Virus record (IMG/VR): IMGVR_UViG_3300025723_000013
DNA: 64,000 nucleotides
DNA from: a virus
Lineage: Duplodnaviria > Caudoviricetes
Reading direction: 5' to 3' (one strand)
Shown here piece after piece: positions 20,090-26,624 of this stretch. A program made the translations under genes and the position numbers. Below the pieces are notes generated by a model that did not search any database, was not told the origin of the DNA, and worked only from the letters and a program-made list of their open reading frames with translations. Position 1 is the stretch's first letter. Every line of letters begins with the position of its first letter.

Positions 20090-20620
20090 CTATTTCCACC
20101 ATACTTCGTAAGGAAATTCAATCCAAACATTGTCGTTGGATTTGTTGATCTCCATTCCCACAAAATCCATACTTACTTTACATTTGCTATCAAGATTATC
20201 TACTATCACTGCAAATTTAACATTGTTATTCCAAATATTATCCCATCGCTCAACAGAGCATATTCCCGTCTGCCAGTCGTTTATAATCCAATTAAACGTA
20301 GCACCACTATCGTTAATGTCATCCACGATCAGCATGTTTTTTGGAGCATCCATGTCGTAGCCATATGCGTCCTCGGCCATGGCACCATGACTGACACAGA
20401 TTCCTCCGTCGCGCAAACTGACTTCTAGAGGCTGCATAGGGATATCAAAATAATGACTGATCATGGTAGCGGCCATTAGTCCTCCGCGGCTGATTCCTAC
20501 CACGTAGTCAGGACGCCAACTGCTGTTTACAATTTGCCGGCATAGATCCGATACCAAATTTTCATATTGATCGTAAGTTAATCTTAATTTTTTAGTATTA
20601 GCCGACGACATTTTAGCCAT
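20090..20620 (-). CDS. Type I phosphoribosyltransferase (Gpt/xanthine-guanine PRT-like)
   Basis: PDYVVGISRGGL and PRPP-binding loop LIVDDINDSGAT; C-terminal WIEFPYE. Confidence 0.88.
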   Translation of the reverse strand: MAKMSSANTKKLRLTYDQYENLVSDLCRQIVNSSWRPDYVVGISRGGLMAATMISHYFDIPMQPLEVSLRDGGICVSHGAMAEDAYGYDMDAPKNMLIVDDINDSGATFNWIINDWQTGICSVERWDNIWNNNVKFAVIVDNLDSKCKVSMDFVGMEINKSNDNVWIEFPYEVWWK

Positions 20621-21305
20621 GTCCTTTCATGGAAAGACAAATATCATAAAATTCTTTTTTCAATGCAGGATCACTGTTAAACGCACCCAACATGATAGCA
20701 GTAGTCATGTCGCTTTCATGTTCTCGAACTCCTCGCTGTGTCATGCAGTGATGTTCTGCCTTTACTACCACTGCAATATGCTCTGTCTTGGCATACTCTC
20801 GCAACGCATCTGCGATTTGTGTAGTCATTTCTTCTTGTATCTGCGGACGTTCACAGATATGATGCACCAGTCTATTGAATTTACTGAGACCAATAACATC
20901 ATCTTGTGGAACAATGCCAACCCAACATTTTCCAACGATATTTTGAAAATGATGCGCACATGTTGAACGGATGCTGATAGGACCAGTGGTATATAAACTT
21001 TTGTAACCCATGTTGGGAAAAGCAGTGATTTTAGGAACTGCTCGATAACGTCCGCTAAAAGTTTCCTTGATAAACATTTTGGCCACACGACGCGCAGTGT
21101 CTTTGGTATTATGATCATTGTCAATGTCGATCACCAAAGATTTTAACACGCCCTGCATCTTTTCTGCCACTTCTTTTACTAATTGTTCAAGTTCTTCGTC
21201 GTCCTTGATAAACTCAGAAATGTTATCATTGCTGTGATAACGAGCGCCAGAGAGTTCAACTCGATTTCTAATAATATCGCTTATGTTTTGCATTTTTTCC
21301 TCCAT
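20613..21305 (-). CDS. folE: GTP cyclohydrolase I
   Basis: STCAHHF, GLSKFNR, RPQIQEEMT, AEHHCMTQRGV. Confidence 0.96.
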   Translation of the reverse strand: MEEKMQNISDIIRNRVELSGARYHSNDNISEFIKDDEELEQLVKEVAEKMQGVLKSLVIDIDNDHNTKDTARRVAKMFIKETFSGRYRAVPKITAFPNMGYKSLYTTGPISIRSTCAHHFQNIVGKCWVGIVPQDDVIGLSKFNRLVHHICERPQIQEEMTTQIADALREYAKTEHIAVVVKAEHHCMTQRGVREHESDMTTAIMLGAFNSDPALKKEFYDICLSMKGHG

Positions 21306-21310
21306 TGCCT

Positions 21311-21353
21311 ATAATAGCAAAGATATTTAGGCAAAGTCAAATCTGCCTAAATA
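21311..21353 (-). promoter_or_regulatory. Composite folE upstream element: sigma70-like promoter, TAAATA motif and 10-bp inverted repeat
   Basis: TTGACT (21340-21335), 18 nt, TATTAT (21316-21311); inverted repeat TATTTAGGCA (21324-21333) / TGCCTAAATA (21344-21353). Confidence 0.5.
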
Positions 21354-21360
21354 AATTGTG

Positions 21361-22548
21361 TTAAAATTTGTGTTCTCTATTATGTTTACGATAATCGGTA
21401 GACATGCGTAACCACTGTTCGCCGTTGCCTTCAATGATATCAACAATTCGATCAATGGTTTTATCAGTCCAATCGCTAATCTTGCCCATACCGGTGTGAG
21501 GATTTTGCAGCAGGATTTTTAATTTATCAATTGCGTCATCAATGGACCAGGGCGTGTACAAACGTGTATAATCATTGGAAAAAGTTTCTGGAAAACTGCG
21601 ATAAGCAGGATACAGCACATTGCATCCTAGGGTATCTGCTTCAGATACAGTATTAGATACCCAATCTTGCAACGCACAATTAAATAGAACACGAGTATCA
21701 TTGAGCAAATCATAGTAAGAATTCTTTTCTAAGTCCTCGTAAACAGTGAGCAAGTTTCGCTGTTGCAATTCGCGTGTGCGAGACATATAACTTTCATTAT
21801 TAGATCTAAGTTTAGAACCAGAAAAAACTGCAAACTCTACACTAGGCAAACTCATTGAATGCCATTTTTCAATCAAATCCATATAGAAGTCTGGCTGTTT
21901 TTCTTGATCCCAACGGGCAGCAAATCCAACTCGCATGGTTCGCTCATGGAAAGGTTTGATTTGATTGTTGACTCTTTCAAGCACCTCTGTTTTACCAAAA
22001 GCCAGTCCTGAAATGTTATAGATTGGAGCCGTCCATCCTGCAACCTTCATGTGCATGACCATTTCTTCGTTGGATGCAAGGACCGCTCCTTTGGAAATGC
22101 TAACAATTTCGTTAACCATGCGCTCGTAATCGCCCATCCATTTCTGCAATCCCCAGACATGAACAAAATCATCAGGATCAATTGATTGCGCAAGACAACG
22201 TACAAAAATACGAGGACGCATATTTTCAGGAATTTGGTTGATAATATATCCCAAACTTTCAAAGCCGGGTTGAAACATATCTTCAAAGTAAATAACATCG
22301 TCGCTGTTAACTTCACCCTGCTGCATCAGTCGTACAAGATTCATCATTTGACTCATACTAAAATAAGATCGACCGTGTGCATCAAGCACTTGCCCGACAA
22401 CGATTTTTTGACTGCTATCCAGGGTAAGACCCGGAACATATGACACAGTAAGTCCGCGTCGGTTAAAAACTCTGGTGTTCCATTCACTTAATTGTAAAGT
22501 ATAACGGGCTTGATAGGATTCAAGCCCCATATAATATAATTGTCTCAT
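21361..22548 (-). CDS. GT-B fold glycosyltransferase embedded in the 7-deazaguanine cluster
   Basis: RVGFAARWDQEKQP (donor-binding R...K), DWVSNTVSEADTLGCNVLYP (E-x7-E-like region of retaining GT-B enzymes), PWSIDDAIDKL; 395 aa. Confidence 0.85.
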   Translation of the reverse strand: MRQLYYMGLESYQARYTLQLSEWNTRVFNRRGLTVSYVPGLTLDSSQKIVVGQVLDAHGRSYFSMSQMMNLVRLMQQGEVNSDDVIYFEDMFQPGFESLGYIINQIPENMRPRIFVRCLAQSIDPDDFVHVWGLQKWMGDYERMVNEIVSISKGAVLASNEEMVMHMKVAGWTAPIYNISGLAFGKTEVLERVNNQIKPFHERTMRVGFAARWDQEKQPDFYMDLIEKWHSMSLPSVEFAVFSGSKLRSNNESYMSRTRELQQRNLLTVYEDLEKNSYYDLLNDTRVLFNCALQDWVSNTVSEADTLGCNVLYPAYRSFPETFSNDYTRLYTPWSIDDAIDKLKILLQNPHTGMGKISDWTDKTIDRIVDIIEGNGEQWLRMSTDYRKHNREHKF

Positions 22549-22550
22549 TG

Positions 22551-22832
22551 TTAATTCTTCTTGATATAAGATTTACGATCTTGATTATTGGAAAACTTTG
22601 CATCTGAACGATCCTTATTGTGAGATCGATCTCGATAATCTCTATTTGATTTTCCAGACTGAGATTTTTGAAAGTAACGGTATTCCTTGGATCTATATAA
22701 ATCCGAAGGATTGAATGGAAGTAGATTAAATCTACAGTGATCATGCCATGCTTCGAGATCTTCGAAGATCCTGGTTACTTCCGGTTTCATACGCGAAGAT
22801 TTATAGTTATTGTTGTAATTGCTGTTTGACAT
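22551..22832 (-). CDS. Hypothetical protein with basic/polar low-complexity tail
   Basis: 93-aa ORF, SD AAGGA, tightly packed in the cluster. Confidence 0.65.
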   Translation of the reverse strand: MSNSNYNNNYKSSRMKPEVTRIFEDLEAWHDHCRFNLLPFNPSDLYRSKEYRYFQKSQSGKSNRDYRDRSHNKDRSDAKFSNNQDRKSYIKKN

Positions 22833-22855
22833 TTTTACTTCCTTATTTTTAAGGT

Positions 22856-23227
22856 TTATAGATGTGTTGGAAATTGAATGAAGCAGCCATTCTCGCCATC
22901 TTCACTCACGGAAATCCAAACCTCACGGATTGGATATCGTGCGTTAATTGTGTGATAAAGATCACGTGCAATCATTTCGCAGGATTTATAGTTAAGCTCA
23001 AGTGTGCCATTGGAGTAGCAGCTCTCAAGCCAACGTTTAAACTGGATAAATTCTAAGTCTCGATCATCATGATACACCTCAATCCATACCTTGAAATGAA
23101 AGATATGACGATGTGGATAACTTAGAAAACTAACATCCTCTAATTCCGGGGAGGTAGCCGCGCCGGGATATCGATGTATACCTTCTTTTTGGAAGGTTAC
23201 CCAAATCATTGATTTTTCTTTATTCAT
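22856..23227 (-). CDS. T-fold QueD/PTPS-like protein with LxxxHRHxF motif (DpdL-like or atypical QueD)
   Basis: EGIH...FLSYPHRHIF...SCEMIA...VSEDGENG; lacks the QueD CxxxHGH signature. Confidence 0.75.
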   Translation of the reverse strand: MNKEKSMIWVTFQKEGIHRYPGAATSPELEDVSFLSYPHRHIFHFKVWIEVYHDDRDLEFIQFKRWLESCYSNGTLELNYKSCEMIARDLYHTINARYPIREVWISVSEDGENGCFIQFPTHL

Positions 23228-23732
23228 TGACTGTTTCTCGCAAAGTGTCTGAAATATAAAAACTTAATTCTTCGTAGTTAAAAGCGGTATCAAAATTATT
23301 TAAAATTAAATTTTTAAGATACGGGTATGCAATTTTTTCTCCAGGAATATTGAGTGTACAACATTTGCTGTTCGGCGATGAATACTTTTCTGGCAATTTA
23401 ATTTTTTTAATTTTCAGTTTGTATTCTGAAATAATAGCATTTACTATGACAACTATATGACTTTCGGATATATTATATAATTCTGTGGCACTACTTCCTA
23501 ATAAAAATTTTGCCGATCTTGTGTATGCAAAATTTTTAAAAACTCTTTCAAGCATTGTTATATCAGTAAATTCGCCAAAGTAAAGATGACTCAAATAAAA
23601 ATATTTTGATGTATATTTTTGCCTGGCTCTTACCACCGAGTGAGGAGTTATTCCTACTCCTATTTTATTCCACGACGTGTCCCCTGCCATATCCGGATGG
23701 ATATAGAAAAAGGGACTTACATTCTTTTTCAT
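23220..23732 (-). CDS. Putative GIY-YIG-superfamily (T5orf172-like) nuclease
   Basis: FFYI-x10-NKIG, downstream R and LERVFK glutamate; AT-rich; overlaps both neighbours. Confidence 0.5.
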   Translation of the reverse strand: MKKNVSPFFYIHPDMAGDTSWNKIGVGITPHSVVRARQKYTSKYFYLSHLYFGEFTDITMLERVFKNFAYTRSAKFLLGSSATELYNISESHIVVIVNAIISEYKLKIKKIKLPEKYSSPNSKCCTLNIPGEKIAYPYLKNLILNNFDTAFNYEELSFYISDTLRETVNE

Positions 23733-24253
23733 TTAATTACCTCATCGTTTTTATATTGAAACCAATTGGTGAATGTATCTCTGCTCATCAAACTCTGCAG
23801 ACTGTGTGTCCAAACGCCGGGATTTGTAGAATCAAAATCTTTATCATCAATTTTGATCATGGTATTATAATTCCACAGCTTGAGATAAGGTATTGGAATA
23901 CGAATTTGTGGAATAAAATTATTATAGTTGTTTAACCCGCCGTCGTTGAATTCTTCTACAGCCGACAGTGGGATATCTAAAGTGCACCAAAAATCTTTTT
24001 CAAGAAAGGCAGAAATCATTTTCTCCCATGCACGCCATTCGTCGGCATTGTTATAGGCAGGATTAAAACTGTGATTGGCACCAAAGAAAATATGCTTGCA
24101 GCCATTGAATAGTGTTTTTTCATATATGGATTCAAATGAATGTAACCCTACTACAAACAATGTTTTCATTCCGTAGGCAGGAGTTTTTTCAACTTCTATT
24201 CCTACAAAAAACATCACGTCATCGGATTCGCCGGATTCATAATATCTTTTCAT
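23729..24253 (-). CDS. Uncharacterised protein of the deazaguanine cluster
   Basis: 174-aa ORF next to the DpdA-like gene; motifs FFVGIEVEKTP, HIFFGANHSF, KIDDKDFDSTNPGVW. Confidence 0.75.
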   Translation of the reverse strand: MKRYYESGESDDVMFFVGIEVEKTPAYGMKTLFVVGLHSFESIYEKTLFNGCKHIFFGANHSFNPAYNNADEWRAWEKMISAFLEKDFWCTLDIPLSAVEEFNDGGLNNYNNFIPQIRIPIPYLKLWNYNTMIKIDDKDFDSTNPGVWTHSLQSLMSRDTFTNWFQYKNDEVIK

Positions 24254-24258
24254 TATTT

Positions 24259-24287
24259 AATATACTATCTTTAATATTAATTGTCAA
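24259..24287 (-). promoter_or_regulatory. sigma70-type promoter giving a probably leaderless mRNA for the 174-aa gene
   Basis: TTGACA (24287-24282), 17 nt, TATATT (24264-24259); predicted +1 falls about at the ATG (24253). Confidence 0.65.
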
Positions 24288-25833
24288 CACTATTTTCCAA
24301 GGCTCTCAAGGCGTCATCCTCGGGATTATTTAAATCTATTTCTTCAACCTTGGTAACTTCGTCGATTTGAAATAAATTGCTAAAAGCATTATCACTTTTT
24401 CCGTCTGTAGTGTTTCTTGCACCTGCTAGATTAATTAAAAATGCCTTAGCAGTGGGATGTTCCAGCATTTCCATAGCCTCACTTAAATTTTTAGTTGCAA
24501 ATAATTCTTCTACAAAACGATCAAAATAAAGAATGTTTCTTGGAACCCATTCGCTATATTGATCACTGGAAAGATCTTTATCCTTTAATTTTTTCCAATG
24601 ACGCCAATCGGGACGGAATCTAGCGCGTTCAATATCCATCAATTGATTGGCACGTTGGACCGCAGCTATATGACAATAAACGTTGTGTCCCATCATTAGT
24701 GCATAGGAAAAACTATCCCATGACGTTTTTCCTTCTTTGCCAATTTTATTCAGCATCCCTGGGGCGTAATGACAAATATCTCCAATAGTTAATCTGCGTC
24801 CAAATTCGCTTTCAAAAGGAAAAGGAATATCAGATTTTGACAATGCTTTGTTATCAGGAGCTTTATCCATTACTACTCCAAATTTCTTGGCAGTATGGCG
24901 TGCGTTTGTATAAACCAGTCCGTGTGCGGTAGCTACAAAGGGACTGGCACAGTCAAAACTAATTGTGAGATTTTCATTGACAGTCTGTCTAATCTGTCTT
25001 TGTATAGAAGTTAAAAAACAAGCCCAGTCTAGCTGTGCTGTACCTAGGCAGTGTATCCAATTTTTATCTTGTAAAAATCCTTCTTCTCTCATGATCATCA
25101 AGCGTTTGAGAGTAATGTCCATTTTGCTCATATTAACACCGCCAAATGCCCACCCTTCGGCAGCACGATCTCCCCAAACTTTTGGATCACTGAATTCTTT
25201 TACTCCTTCGTACCAAGTTTGTGCACTGATCCAGTCACTGCCTTGTAGTACATTGAGCCATTTTGTTTTACCCGATGAATTTTTTAAAAAATATTCATTG
25301 TTGTATCTTGTTTTTTCCAAGCAATCCTGTGGACTTGTTAGCCCGGTTCTGGCAGTATTGTTTTTATCACATGCCCAAATAGGTACATCCAACATCATGG
25401 ACCAATCGGCGGTAAGCTCTAACCATGCGATAATATCATCTCTTACTTTATTGGCAGCAGGACCCTGGAAATTTAACCAATCAAATTTTAGAATTCCTTT
25501 TCCAATTTGATATCCGCCAGAGTCTCCTAGGATCATGGTGTTATTACGATCTCGTTTCTGTATCATGGATTCCTGGACTAGGCTTTTTTTGAGATCCAAT
25601 TGAGCATGCCCTGCAGAATATAATGCATACTTGTAGGTAAAATAGCCTTCTTCTGGATTGAGAAAATTCATGCCTTCAATTCCTCGATCAAAATCCTTAG
25701 GAATACGATCTAGAGGCACAAATTCCTCCAAACGCTGCTTGGCAATATATGTGCTATAAAAACTACTAATTGCTGGAAGATATACAGAATAGTCTTTTTG
25801 TAGTGGTGTTAAATCTACTGGTGGTCTTTTCAT
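24277..25833 (-). CDS. dpdA: TGT-fold guanine transglycosylase, DpdA-like (7-deazaguanine insertion into DNA)
   Basis: TGT motifs in order: GDSGGYQ, MMLDVP, VLQG, WAFGG, WIHCLG, SFDCASP, GHNV. 518 aa; clustered with folE/queE and adjacent to the clamp and polymerase. Confidence 0.8.
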   Translation of the reverse strand: MKRPPVDLTPLQKDYSVYLPAISSFYSTYIAKQRLEEFVPLDRIPKDFDRGIEGMNFLNPEEGYFTYKYALYSAGHAQLDLKKSLVQESMIQKRDRNNTMILGDSGGYQIGKGILKFDWLNFQGPAANKVRDDIIAWLELTADWSMMLDVPIWACDKNNTARTGLTSPQDCLEKTRYNNEYFLKNSSGKTKWLNVLQGSDWISAQTWYEGVKEFSDPKVWGDRAAEGWAFGGVNMSKMDITLKRLMIMREEGFLQDKNWIHCLGTAQLDWACFLTSIQRQIRQTVNENLTISFDCASPFVATAHGLVYTNARHTAKKFGVVMDKAPDNKALSKSDIPFPFESEFGRRLTIGDICHYAPGMLNKIGKEGKTSWDSFSYALMMGHNVYCHIAAVQRANQLMDIERARFRPDWRHWKKLKDKDLSSDQYSEWVPRNILYFDRFVEELFATKNLSEAMEMLEHPTAKAFLINLAGARNTTDGKSDNAFSNLFQIDEVTKVEEIDLNNPEDDALRALENSVDN

Positions 25834-25835
25834 TT

Positions 25836-26570
25836 TTACGCCTGTGCTGGAATAATATATTTGTAAGTTGCTAAACCGCTATCCATTGTGATCTGCAAAG
25901 CCCCGGCATCGCTGATGCTTAATTTACAGTTATTGACATCGGCAATTTTTAACACGCTTAGGATGGCAGCAATTGGCCATGTGTGAGAACGTGACAGCTT
26001 TCCTGTAACGTTGTTTGCAAATACAAACTCACCGCCGTGTGTGCTATGATCGCCAAAAATAAATTTTAAGTTATTTCCTTCAATTTTAGGAAGAAATGTT
26101 GTATGCTCGCTATTAGCACCGGCCTGAAAGCTAAACCGCTGCACGGATTGCAAGGTAGGAGTTACTTCAACATCCCAATTAGCTCCGCGGAATTTTACTG
26201 TTTTTAATTTTTCATTAATAATTTCGGTATTCATAAATCGATAGTCATTTTTAAAATCGCCATTTTTATTTTCAAAATGAATGCCAACAGGCACTTTTAC
26301 TCCATTACGATTGTCTGTAATAATATCAAGTTTGGCATCTTCTTTATATTCATCGCCGTCAAGCAGATATTTAAGTTTGTTAAGTTGAGGCATACCAAAC
26401 ACACCAATCATTTCCGGATATGGATTGTTGGTTTCTCCATACATGATAAGAGATCTGTCGTCGCTCATGGCATCGATCTTGGTAGATGTTTTATCTCCAG
26501 TAATTTTTACAATGTTTAAAAAACCTAAACTATGAGTATGACTCACGATATCTTGTAGAATTTCTTTCAT
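25836..26570 (-). CDS. Probable DNA sliding clamp (gp45/PCNA-like)
   Basis: 244 aa, clamp-like beta/alpha periodicity, ends 'GALQITMDSGLATYKYIIPA', immediately downstream of polB; clamp loader elsewhere in the window. Inference from size, position and pattern. Confidence 0.6.
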   Translation of the reverse strand: MKEILQDIVSHTHSLGFLNIVKITGDKTSTKIDAMSDDRSLIMYGETNNPYPEMIGVFGMPQLNKLKYLLDGDEYKEDAKLDIITDNRNGVKVPVGIHFENKNGDFKNDYRFMNTEIINEKLKTVKFRGANWDVEVTPTLQSVQRFSFQAGANSEHTTFLPKIEGNNLKFIFGDHSTHGGEFVFANNVTGKLSRSHTWPIAAILSVLKIADVNNCKLSISDAGALQITMDSGLATYKYIIPAQA

Positions 26571-26588
26571 TTTATTATCCTTTTTTTA

Positions 26589-26617
26589 ATTATATTTAGA
26601 AAACTTTTTTTTGTCAA
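26589..26617 (-). promoter_or_regulatory. Consensus sigma70 promoter for the clamp-dpdA unit
   Basis: TTGACA (26617-26612), 17 nt, TATAAT (26594-26589); TAAATA also at 26598-26593. Confidence 0.85.
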
Positions 26618-26624
26618 TAATTTT

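Noticed and set aside
24277-25833. Ordinary tRNA-queuosine TGT pathway
   Set aside because: No queC, queF or queA in the window, no CxCxxC zinc site, the protein is longer than bacterial TGT, and it is coupled to the clamp and polymerase. Disfavoured but not formally excluded.
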